From assembly GCA_001464935.1 (NCBI GenBank), contig LNEL01000046.1, forward strand, positions 3,590 through 67,589: 64,000 nt of DNA, given 5' to 3'. Below the pieces are notes generated by a model. The model worked only from the letters and a program-made list of their open reading frames with translations. It had not been told where the DNA came from and did not search any database. Positions 18,896 through 27,502 of this stretch are shown here, piece by piece; position 1 is the first letter of the stretch, and each line of letters opens with the position of its first letter. The stretch comes from Gammaproteobacteria bacterium Ga0077536 (GTDB lineage Bacteria > Pseudomonadota > Gammaproteobacteria > Ga0077536). The translations under genes and the position numbers were made by a program.

Positions 18896-20668
18896 ATGAA
18901 CAAGAATGAAAGAACGGCAGTCCGGCAATCGCCAACGACATACGCGCGTCGCGCGCCAGGCAGTACGCTGCGCGCACTGGCGCTCGGCATCGCCATCGCG
19001 TGTACGCCCGTCGCGCAGGCGCTCGACATCGTCGACATCACGATTCAGGAAATCGAGGCAGGGCTCGCCTCCGGCGCGTTCACTGCGGTCGATCTCTACA
19101 ACGCACACATGGAGCGCATCAACAAGTTCGAAGGCACGTACAACGCTTTCACCTTCTTCAATCCGACCGCGCTCGCCGAAGCAGAAGCACTCGACGCCGA
19201 GTACAAGCTGACCGGCGCGCGTTCGCCGCTGCACGGCGTGCCGATCGTGATCAAGGAAGCGATGGACGTGAAAGGGCTGCCCTCGACGGCCGGTTACGAC
19301 CGCTTTTACAGCGGCACGGGCGGCATCGACCTGATCCCGGAAACGGATGCGCCGGTTGTCGCGCGGCTGCGTGAAGCGGGCGCGATCATCATTGGCAAGA
19401 CGAACATCCCGGAGTTCAGCCGCAGCGGCAACAACGCGAGCACGAGCTGGGACGGCGACACCTTCAACGCCTATGACATCACGCTGCAGCCGGGCGGCAG
19501 CAGCTCGGGCACCGCGATGGCGGTGGCGGGCAGCTTTGCGGTGGTGGGCACGGCCGAAGAAACCGGCGGTTCGATTCAGAACCCCGCCTCGGCGCACAGC
19601 CTCGCGAGCGTGAAGACCACCAACGGGCTGATTCCGAACAGCGGCGTCGCGCCGTTGTCCGGCGCCACCCGCGATGTCGTCGGCCCGCACGCGCGCACCG
19701 TCTACGATGCCGCCGTGATGCTCGACGTGATGGCCGGTTATTCGCTGGCGGACGAGAAGACGATGGCGTCGGTGGGCAATATCCCGAAGGACGGCTACGT
19801 CAGCATGCTGTCGACGACCGCACTCGAAGGCAAACGCTTCGGCATGATTGGGGACGGCTGGCGCGCCCGCATCATGGATCCGACCAACGCCAACAGCATC
19901 GCGCCGGAAACCCTGGCGATGTACAACCAGGCGATGGCCGAGATGGAAGCGGAAGGTGCCACGTTCGTCGAAGACCCGTTCGCCGGTACTGACTTCAGCG
20001 CCCTGCGCGCGGCCATTCCGAACGCGGCGGCGTCGAACCCGTTCTACTTCGAGAAGTGGCTCGAACGCATGGGTCCGAGCATGATCGCGAACAAGACAGC
20101 GGCTGAGAACGGCATCAGTTCGATTGCGGCACTCGGCATGCTCGGCATTTCGCCGTTCGATCCGGGTGAGTCCTTCGCGACGACGCCGACGAACTTCCCG
20201 CTCGAATTCGCGAACCCGGACGTGCCGCCGAACATCGAGGCCTTCTTCGAAGCGCGCGCGGAACTGATCTCGCTGTTCAACAGCGTGCTGGACGCGCATG
20301 ACCTCGACGGTCTGTTCTTCCCGCAGGCCGTGCGCCCGGTGCCCGATCTCGGTGGCGCTGGCATAGGTGCGACGACGGTCTCGGAGATCAACATCGTCGG
20401 CCTGCCCGGCGTCACGGTCTCGGGTGGCTATTACGATGACGGCTCGCCGTTCAGCGTGATCTTCGTCGGCAAGCAGTGGTCGGAAGGCTCTCTGCTGTCC
20501 TTCGCCTACGACTACGAGCAGGCGACGATGCATCGGATAGCGCCTACCCTGGTGGCGCCGGTGCCGGTGCCGGCCGCGCTGCCGCTGTTTGCCGCGGCCC
20601 TGATCCCGCTGGCGCGCTACCGCCGTCGCGTGGTCGGCGCCCGGCTGAATCAGCGGTTCGCCGTCTGA
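18896..20668 (+). CDS. Secreted amidase-signature enzyme with VPLPA/PEP-CTERM-like sorting tail
   Basis: SPLHGVPIVIKE, GKTN, GGSSSG, ETGGSIQNPA; signal peptide; ends PVPVPAALPLFAAALIPLARYRRR; GGAGG RBS before ATG 18896. Confidence 0.88.
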   Translation: MNKNERTAVRQSPTTYARRAPGSTLRALALGIAIACTPVAQALDIVDITIQEIEAGLASGAFTAVDLYNAHMERINKFEGTYNAFTFFNPTALAEAEALDAEYKLTGARSPLHGVPIVIKEAMDVKGLPSTAGYDRFYSGTGGIDLIPETDAPVVARLREAGAIIIGKTNIPEFSRSGNNASTSWDGDTFNAYDITLQPGGSSSGTAMAVAGSFAVVGTAEETGGSIQNPASAHSLASVKTTNGLIPNSGVAPLSGATRDVVGPHARTVYDAAVMLDVMAGYSLADEKTMASVGNIPKDGYVSMLSTTALEGKRFGMIGDGWRARIMDPTNANSIAPETLAMYNQAMAEMEAEGATFVEDPFAGTDFSALRAAIPNAAASNPFYFEKWLERMGPSMIANKTAAENGISSIAALGMLGISPFDPGESFATTPTNFPLEFANPDVPPNIEAFFEARAELISLFNSVLDAHDLDGLFFPQAVRPVPDLGGAGIGATTVSEINIVGLPGVTVSGGYYDDGSPFSVIFVGKQWSEGSLLSFAYDYEQATMHRIAPTLVAPVPVPAALPLFAAALIPLARYRRRVVGARLNQRFAV

Positions 20669-20730
20669 GGCCCAGGCGTTTCATGATCCTGTTCCCCGGT
20701 GTCCACGGAGGGACGCCGCGGAATGCGCCG

Positions 20731-21162
20731 ATGACACGACCTCCGCTCCTCCTGCCACCCTCACGCCCGTCGTGCGTGGCTGCTCTGTGCGCGATCTGGT
20801 TGATCGCGCTGACACCGGTGACCGCCATGGCCATTGAATGCAAGGAAGACGGCACCCAGTTCGAGCGCAACTTCTGTGCGACGCTGGCGGCCGAACGCGC
20901 CGAGCGCGAACTCGATGCGGCGCTGGCCGCAGCACGGCAACGCACGGCGATCGATCCCAACGCACAGACTGCACTCACCGCCGCGCACCTCGCGTGGCAG
21001 GCCTTCCGCGACGCCGCGCTGGCGGCGGCCTTTCCCTGTTACCACGACGACATCACGGTCTGCTTCGGCGAAGACACGCCGCGTCAGCATGCGCTGTTCC
21101 GCGCGCAGCTCGCGCGGGAACGCATCGGTCATCTGAACACGGAGTGGCAACAACAGAAGTAG
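20731..21162 (+). CDS. DUF1311/LprI-family exported protein
   Basis: Signal peptide; C..GTQFERNFCA...ELD...AWQAFRDA pattern. Confidence 0.7.
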   Translation: MTRPPLLLPPSRPSCVAALCAIWLIALTPVTAMAIECKEDGTQFERNFCATLAAERAERELDAALAAARQRTAIDPNAQTALTAAHLAWQAFRDAALAAAFPCYHDDITVCFGEDTPRQHALFRAQLARERIGHLNTEWQQQK

Positions 21163-21418
21163 CAGCCCGTCGTGGGGCCGCGCTTCCGAACCCTGCCTGA
21201 TCCGACACACGGACGATCCTGATCACGGATCCCGGGTGCCCGAGCGCCGGGTGAGGCCACTGCAGTCACCGCCTTCGTCGCAGGCACAGCGGGCGGCCAT
21301 CGGTGCGGACCGGGCTCGACGCCGCCGGGCGGGACCCCGGCTGGGAGCGGCAGACCGGGTTGTGCGATCGCCGGCGTATCCGCGATCATGCCGCCTTCCC
21401 TCCGCGACAGGTCCTGTC

Positions 21419-22075
21419 ATGAGCAAAGTCGATCATCTCTGCACCGCCGACCATCTCGCGCAGACCGCGCGTTATGCCGAGTGGGCGCCACAGGCGCTGA
21501 AAGGTTTCCAGGCGCTCGCCGGCGGCGCCTTTGCACCGGGTGCGCTGACGGTACGTGAGAAGGAGATCATCGCCTTCGGGTGCGCGCATGCGCTGCGCTG
21601 CCCGTACTGCATCGACTATCACCACAAACTCGGCACCGAGGCGGGCGCCACGCGTGACGAACTGACCGAAGCGCTGTGGGTGGCGATTGCCGTGGCCGCG
21701 CACGCGCCGCTGGCACACGCCTCGCTGGCGCTGCGGCTGCTCGACGGCGAACGGCCGGCCGAGTTCTACACCCCTGGCTGGCAGGCGCCGCTCGCAGATC
21801 TCGCCGCGACGTCGCCGGCCGCGATGCGGGGCTACGACGCACTGCAGGACGCGGCGTTCGCCGCCGGTGTGCTGTCGGCGCCGGTGAAGACCCTGATCGC
21901 CGTGGCCTGCGCGCACAACGTACGGTGCCCGATGTCGATCGAGCGTTACGTCACGCAGGCCCTGGCCAATGGCAGCTCTAAGCCCGCCATCGCCGAAGCG
22001 GTGTTCGTCGCGATCGAGATGGCGGCCGGGGCCTGTCTCGGCCACTCGGGTCTCGCCGCCGCGCTGATGGCCTGA
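21419..22075 (+). CDS. Tandem carboxymuconolactone decarboxylase/AhpD-like protein
   Basis: Two CMD repeats: GALTVREKEIIA..CPYCIDYH and GVLSAPVKTLIA..CPMSIERY. Confidence 0.85.
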   Translation: MSKVDHLCTADHLAQTARYAEWAPQALKGFQALAGGAFAPGALTVREKEIIAFGCAHALRCPYCIDYHHKLGTEAGATRDELTEALWVAIAVAAHAPLAHASLALRLLDGERPAEFYTPGWQAPLADLAATSPAAMRGYDALQDAAFAAGVLSAPVKTLIAVACAHNVRCPMSIERYVTQALANGSSKPAIAEAVFVAIEMAAGACLGHSGLAAALMA

Positions 22076-22166
22076 GGGACCGCCTGAGAAACCCGCGGGC
22101 GGCGTTCGGCCCGATCGATTCGTCTATACTCAGGTCCGCGCTGCCCCACGGACGATCGGACGCGAG

Positions 22167-23243
22167 ATGGACATCTTCATCAGTTACGCGAGTGTCGATC
22201 GCGAGCGCGCCATGGCGCTGGCCGACGCGCTGACCCGTGCATCGGCAAGCGTGTGGTGGGACCGCACGATCCCGCCGGGCCGGGTGTTCGACGAAGTCAT
22301 CCAGGAAGCCATTGCCGCTGCGCGCTGCATGATCGTGCTGTGGTCCGGCGAGTCCGTGCGCTCGAACTGGGTGAAGACCGAAGCGGCCGAAGGGGCGGCG
22401 CGCGGCATGCTGGTGCCGGCACTGCTCGAAGACGTCGCGCCGCCGATCGAATTCAGACGCATCCAGGCCGCAAACCTCGTCGATTGGCACGGTGACGACG
22501 ACGATCCCGCCTTCCAGCAGTTGCTCGCATCCGTGACGCGGCTGTTGCAACCGGCGCTGAACGTTGAGGCAGCACCCCTGCGCGCCCACGTGCCGACCGG
22601 CGGCGGGCGCGGCGCGACTTTGAAAGCGTTCGGGCTCGGCGCACTCAGCGCCGCGCTGTTGGTGCTCGGCGGCTGGCAGTGGCTGCACGAGGATCCGGGG
22701 ACCGCCGGCAACGGCCGTCGCGCGCCAACGCCGCGTCTGGCGGAGCAACCGGCGCAGGCCGATGACGCCGTGCCTGCCGCCGCACGGCCGGCGCCGCGCG
22801 CGACCCGCGTGAACCTGCTGGCCGATGCGAACGGCGGCCAGATGCTCATTGCCTCCGCCGAGAGCTGGAGCAGGATCGTCGACGGCAACGAGGACAGCTA
22901 TGGGTGGACCGATCAGGGCTATGCCGTGTTCGGCTTCGGCGACGGACGCACGGCGCGCTTCGATACCTTCACGGTGCTGGTACGTGCGCAGGACAACGCG
23001 AACCTGCGTGACTTCGAACTGTTCGCCGGCAATGACGGACCCGACGGCCCGTTCCAGTCGCTGGGCCGCTTCAAGACCCGCAATCTGCGCCTGATGCAGA
23101 ACCCCTACCAGTCGTTCAGCTTTGCGCCGACCGAGGCGAAGTACTTCAAGTTCCAGTCCCTGCGCAGTCACACCGACAACACCGCCGCCTTCGTCCACGA
23201 AGTTCAGCTCTTCGGCGAGCTGCTGCCCGATGCCGCGCGCTGA
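22167..23243 (+). CDS. TIR-domain protein with TM helix and C-terminal discoidin/F5-8-like domain
   Basis: DIFISYAS.DR..VWWDR.I..VLWS..SV.SNWVKTEA (catalytic Glu); hydrophobic segment; C-terminal IVDGN..DFEL..AKYFKF..EVQLFG. Confidence 0.85.
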   Translation: MDIFISYASVDRERAMALADALTRASASVWWDRTIPPGRVFDEVIQEAIAAARCMIVLWSGESVRSNWVKTEAAEGAARGMLVPALLEDVAPPIEFRRIQAANLVDWHGDDDDPAFQQLLASVTRLLQPALNVEAAPLRAHVPTGGGRGATLKAFGLGALSAALLVLGGWQWLHEDPGTAGNGRRAPTPRLAEQPAQADDAVPAAARPAPRATRVNLLADANGGQMLIASAESWSRIVDGNEDSYGWTDQGYAVFGFGDGRTARFDTFTVLVRAQDNANLRDFELFAGNDGPDGPFQSLGRFKTRNLRLMQNPYQSFSFAPTEAKYFKFQSLRSHTDNTAAFVHEVQLFGELLPDAAR

Positions 23244-23279
23244 GTGTGCGCCCGGCCACGGCACGCGGCGTGGCGCGTG

Positions 23280-24479
23280 ATGAACATTTTCCTCAGCTAT
23301 GCGAACGAGGACCGGCCCGTCGCGGCCACGTTGAACCGCGCACTGCTGGAGCAGGGCCACGACGTGTTCTTCGACCGCGAAGATCTGCCGCCGGGTGAGG
23401 AATTCCACATCCGCATCCGGCGTGCGATCGAACGCGCCGACCTGTTCGTGTTCCTGGTCAGCCCGCACTCGATCGATCCCGGCAGCTATACGCTCAGCGA
23501 ACTCGCGATCGTCGAGCGGGCGTGGAAGCGCGTGTCCGGCCGCGTGCTGCCGGTGATGCTGAGCGACCTGCCTTTCTCTCAGCTGCCGACGCTCGTGCGC
23601 GCGGTCACGGTGCTGACCCCGGCCGGGGACGTCGCAGCGGCTGCGGCCGACGCCGTGCACCGCCTGCACCAGGCGCAGCGGCGCACGCGGTGGTGGCGCA
23701 TCGGCGCTGGGGTACTGGCGGTCGCGCTCGTCGCCGGCGCCATCCGGTTCGGGCTGATGGCGCGCCACGACGCGGAACCCGTCGGCGAAGACGGCGTGCC
23801 GTTGATCCTGGTGCCAGCCGGCAAGTTCGTGATGGGTGATGACGAGGTCAGTCCGCGCCGCGAAGCCTACCTCGATGCCTTCTATATCGATCGATACGAA
23901 GTCACGACCGCGCGCTATGCGAAATTCCTGAAGGCGACCGGTGACACGGCGCCACCGCTGGCCTGGGAACAGGTCGATCTCGCGCAACACGGCGAGCATC
24001 CGGTGGTCGGCGTCGACTGGCACGACGCCGAAGGTTATTGCCGCTGGGTCGGCCGCCGCCTGCCGACGTCGGCGGAATGGGAGAAGGCCGCGCGCGGCAC
24101 CGACGAGCGCGTCTATCCGTGGGGCGACAGTTCGCCAACGCTGACGCTGACGAACTTCTCGAATTCGTCGCCGGACTTCTACGACGGACTCTCGCCCGTC
24201 GGCACGCACGGGCCCGGACGCAGCCCGCATGGCGTCGACGACATGGCGGGCAACGCCGCGGAGTGGGTGTCGGACTGGTGGGCGGATGGTCCGTATCGCT
24301 TCAATCCACGCAATCCGCGCGGACCGGACAGCGGCTATCAGCGCATCATTCGCGGCGGCGGCCGCTTCGACGGCGCAGCGAATCTCGTGCTGGCACGCCG
24401 CTTCTACGCACTACCCGACCTGCGCGCCGCCGACATCGGCTTTCGCTGTGCGAAAGATGCGCCGCAGCGTTCGAACTGA
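23280..24479 (+). CDS. TIR-domain protein with TM helix and FGE-sulfatase (SUMF1) domain
   Basis: IFLSYANED..VFFDREDL..VSPHS..SYTLSEL; PAGKFVMG, YEVT, HPVVGVDW, RLPTSAEWEKAARG, DMAGNAAEWV, GFRCA. Confidence 0.88.
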   Translation: MNIFLSYANEDRPVAATLNRALLEQGHDVFFDREDLPPGEEFHIRIRRAIERADLFVFLVSPHSIDPGSYTLSELAIVERAWKRVSGRVLPVMLSDLPFSQLPTLVRAVTVLTPAGDVAAAAADAVHRLHQAQRRTRWWRIGAGVLAVALVAGAIRFGLMARHDAEPVGEDGVPLILVPAGKFVMGDDEVSPRREAYLDAFYIDRYEVTTARYAKFLKATGDTAPPLAWEQVDLAQHGEHPVVGVDWHDAEGYCRWVGRRLPTSAEWEKAARGTDERVYPWGDSSPTLTLTNFSNSSPDFYDGLSPVGTHGPGRSPHGVDDMAGNAAEWVSDWWADGPYRFNPRNPRGPDSGYQRIIRGGGRFDGAANLVLARRFYALPDLRAADIGFRCAKDAPQRSN

Positions 24480-24490
24480 CGCCCACCGCC

Positions 24491-25126
24491 ATGACGCCAG
24501 CCGACCGCCGGTCGACGACGCCCGTCCCCGACCAGGTGATCGTGTTCAGCGGTCATCTCATCGACGAACCCGGACGCCAGCCGGCCCGCTTTCCCGACGA
24601 TCCCGCGCTGGTTGAACGGGCGCGCGCCGCCATCGCGGCGGCGCTCGATGCGCTCGGCGCGGGCGCCGGCACCCTCGCATTGACGCAGGGTGCCTGCGGC
24701 GGCGATCTGCTGTTCTCGGCGGCATGTCTCGACCGCGGCGTCGACCTGCGCTGGCTGCAGCCGTTCGATGAAGCCGACTTCGTCGAGCGTTCGGTCGCAC
24801 GCGGCGGCCCCGTCTGGCGTCGGCGCTACGACTCACAGCGCGCGCGGCTCACGCGGCCGCCGCGCGCACTGCCCGTGGTCCTCGGCGCACCACTGCCGGA
24901 CGACCCGCACACGCCTTACTGGCGCTGCAATCGCTGGCTCGTCGACACCGCGCGCAGCTACGGCGCGGAGAAGCTGCATTTCGTCGGCCTGTGGGATGGC
25001 GCTGCGGCCGACAGCGACGGCGGCACCGCGCAGATGCTCGACGATATCCGGCCTTATGCCCGCGACATCACGCTCATCGACCTGGCCGCGCTCGCGGCGC
25101 CGCGCGGTCCTGCCGATCCCGGGTGA
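24491..25126 (+). CDS. Stand-alone SLOG-like (TPR-associated type) domain protein
   Basis: VIVFSGHLID.PGR..ARFP, GACGGDLLF, PF..DFVERSV, Y.RCNRWL, LWDG...GGT motifs typical of SLOG-type nucleotide-binding domains. Confidence 0.65.
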   Translation: MTPADRRSTTPVPDQVIVFSGHLIDEPGRQPARFPDDPALVERARAAIAAALDALGAGAGTLALTQGACGGDLLFSAACLDRGVDLRWLQPFDEADFVERSVARGGPVWRRRYDSQRARLTRPPRALPVVLGAPLPDDPHTPYWRCNRWLVDTARSYGAEKLHFVGLWDGAAADSDGGTAQMLDDIRPYARDITLIDLAALAAPRGPADPG

Positions 25127-25255
25127 CGCGTTGCGGTGAGGCAGCCGCGCCAGGGTCAGGCGTGAGACCGGCGCGGGTCGACGTCCCGGGTGTCGCAATT
25201 CCCGGGTTCGAATGCGTGGCTGGCGGGCGAGCGCCGCAGGAAGTGGACCGCGCTG

Positions 25256-25945
25256 TCAGGCCGCGACACCGAACAGCGCGCCGACACCCGCCGTCAGCCC
25301 CATCGCCAGGGCACCCCAGCACGACACGCGCAGCACCGAGGCGATGACCGGCGCGCCGCCCGTGCGCGCGGCGACATAACCGAGCAGGGCGAGGAACAGC
25401 AGTGAACTGCCGGCGATACCGGGGATCAGAGTCGGGGCTGGCAGCACGAGCGCCATCACCAGCGGCAGCAGCGCGCCGACCGCGAAGGTGGCCGCCGAGG
25501 CCAGCGCCGCCTGCACGGGCCGCGCCGCCAGCGTATCGGAAATGCCGAGTTCGTCGCGGCCGTGCGCGGCGAGGGCATCGTGCTGCATGAACTGCGTGGC
25601 GACCTGCGCGGCCAGCGCCTGATCGAGGCCGCGCCTGACGTAGATCGCGGTCAACTCCGCGAGTTCCTGCTCGGGATTCGCCGCCAGTTCGGCCTTTTCG
25701 CGCGCGAGATCGGCGCGTTCGGTGTCGGCCTGCGAACTGACCGACACATATTCGCCGGCCGCCATCGACATCGCCCCGGCGACGAGACCGGCGACGCCGG
25801 CCGTCACGATCGCCTGGGTCTGCGCGCCGGCGGCCGCGACGCCGAGCACGAGGCTGGCGGTCGACACGATGCCGTCGTTCGCGCCGAGCACGGCGGCGCG
25901 CAGCCAGCCGGTGCGTTGGGTTCGATGGTGTTCACGGTGGCGCAT
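25256..25945 (-). CDS. VIT1/CCC1 family Fe/Mn transporter
   Basis: WLRAAVLGANDGIVST..AGAMSMAAGEYVSVSSQAD. Confidence 0.93.
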   Translation of the reverse strand: MRHREHHRTQRTGWLRAAVLGANDGIVSTASLVLGVAAAGAQTQAIVTAGVAGLVAGAMSMAAGEYVSVSSQADTERADLAREKAELAANPEQELAELTAIYVRRGLDQALAAQVATQFMQHDALAAHGRDELGISDTLAARPVQAALASAATFAVGALLPLVMALVLPAPTLIPGIAGSSLLFLALLGYVAARTGGAPVIASVLRVSCWGALAMGLTAGVGALFGVAA

Positions 25946-26170
25946 GGGGTGCTCCTCTGCCGCGCGCAGCAGGGCGCGACGCAGGGCCGGTCGGGCGCGG
26001 CCGGCAGTCGCGAGCATGAGTCCTGCGGCGGCGACCAGGGAGGGTCGCCGGGGCGTCATGACTTTGAGGTGGCCACGTTAACAGGATTCAGCCGTGCAGC
26101 AGGTGCGGCCGATCAAGCGAAGTCGATCGTCGCCACCGGTCGGACCGTAGCGCGAGCGACCGCCAGTCCC

Positions 26171-26617
26171 CTACTCGACGATCGTCAGATGGAACCGTCC
26201 GCCGCGCGAAGCAGGACCGTCGACGACGGCGATGCAGTCATCGAGTTCCTCGATCAGGCGTTCCGTCTCGTCCGCGGTGACTTCGCCGAGCCTGCCGCCG
26301 GCCACTGCATCGCGCAGCGCCTGCAATGCAGCGAGTCCTTCGGCGGCATCGAACCAGGTCATGTCGTCGATGCCATAGGCGAGGTCGGTTTCAGGGTCGA
26401 TTTCGGGATCGGCAGCGTCCTCTTCTTCGTCCTCGTCGAATTCGCCATAGCTGTACTCGAGCCCGGTGTAGTCCATGAACTCCGTCAGCTTGCGCACACC
26501 GAGTTCATCGCACAGCGCGTCGAGCGCCTCGATGTGCAGGTTCATCAGGCTGTGATCGTCGCTGTCCTTGGCGTATTCGCGGTTCTCGAGGGTGTGGATC
26601 CAGAGGGTCATGCCCAT
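26171..26617 (-). CDS. Acidic hypothetical protein
   Basis: MGMTLWIHTLE..WFDAAEGL..FHLTIVE; GGGAG RBS; typical codon usage. Confidence 0.7.
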   Translation of the reverse strand: MGMTLWIHTLENREYAKDSDDHSLMNLHIEALDALCDELGVRKLTEFMDYTGLEYSYGEFDEDEEEDAADPEIDPETDLAYGIDDMTWFDAAEGLAALQALRDAVAGGRLGEVTADETERLIEELDDCIAVVDGPASRGGRFHLTIVE

Positions 26618-26708
26618 GTGGCGGCTCCCGTGGGTTGGATGAATATTCGAACGATCGGTGTATCGGCACCAGCCTCGCATCCTCGACAGCGCGCAACCGC
26701 GACCGCCG

Positions 26709-27026
26709 TCACCCTTCTCCGTACTCGGTCTCGTGCACGGACCACGCTGCGGTGGCGGTCGCCCGCACGGCTTCGTGACCGCGCTCGAGGCCTGCCCAGC
26801 GGCCTATCTCCGGGAAACGCTGATACAGACAGCCGAGACACACGAGCATGCCGTCCGCCGGATTTTCAGTGGTCTCGCACAACACCTGCCAGGTGCCCTC
26901 CCTGTCGTGAATGACGGCGAGGATCGGGAAATCCTGCTCCATGATCTGGCGCGTGGTCACACAGCCGGTGGTCTCGTCGCACGGGAAAGGCCAGTGCGCG
27001 AACTGATGTCGATGCTGCGCGATCAC
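26709..27026 (-). CDS. Hypothetical protein, DUF2185/immunity-protein-like
   Basis: WPF..TT..I..PIL.V.HD..G.WQ.L pattern; GTG start overlaps the upstream stop. Confidence 0.55.
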   Translation of the reverse strand: MIAQHRHQFAHWPFPCDETTGCVTTRQIMEQDFPILAVIHDREGTWQVLCETTENPADGMLVCLGCLYQRFPEIGRWAGLERGHEAVRATATAAWSVHETEYGEG

Positions 27027-27379
27027 ACGTGCATCGCCGTGGCGGTGAGCGTGGCCACTTCCACGTCGGTCAGGTTGCACCATCGGGTACTGCCGGTGAG
27101 CGCCAGCACGCAGCCCTGTTCCTGGGCAGCAGCCAGGATCCGGCCGAACCACCACGCGCGAGTGGCGAGCATCGCGCGCGGCGGCGGTGGCGCATACAGA
27201 CACGAGCGTGCCGCATCCCAGCCGATTTCCATCGCCTCCAGGTGAACGTGCGGAAACTGCGCGCTGCCAGGTGCGACGTAGAGCCGGCCGGTGGCATCGA
27301 CGCCGACTTCGATGACGAAGTCGGTGTGCGCGGGCTGGGCACCGGACACCGGCAAATGCGAGGAGAAACGGCGGATCAT
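27023..27379 (-). CDS. Hypothetical protein
   Basis: EVGVDATGRLYV..F..EAMEIGWD..LYAP..I..A..EQG..L..T.W; resembles a small cassette-like hypothetical family. Confidence 0.55.
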   Translation of the reverse strand: MIRRFSSHLPVSGAQPAHTDFVIEVGVDATGRLYVAPGSAQFPHVHLEAMEIGWDAARSCLYAPPPPRAMLATRAWWFGRILAAAQEQGCVLALTGSTRWCNLTDVEVATLTATAMHV

Positions 27380-27502
27380 CGCTGAGGTAGAGGACTGAAG
27401 ACAGACGCCGGGTCGCGTCGCCAAGACTATAGTTCGCGCGCTGCCAGCGGGCAACGCAACCGCCGCTGCGCCCGCCGCCACCACCACAGTCCCATCGAAC
27501 GC

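Noticed and set aside
21978-24230. 750-aa minus-strand ORF
   Set aside because: Antisense to two well-supported TIR genes.
26060-27500. Integron cassette array
   Set aside because: No convincing RYYYAAC...GTTRRRY attC structures, no integrase, and two of the genes overlap directly.
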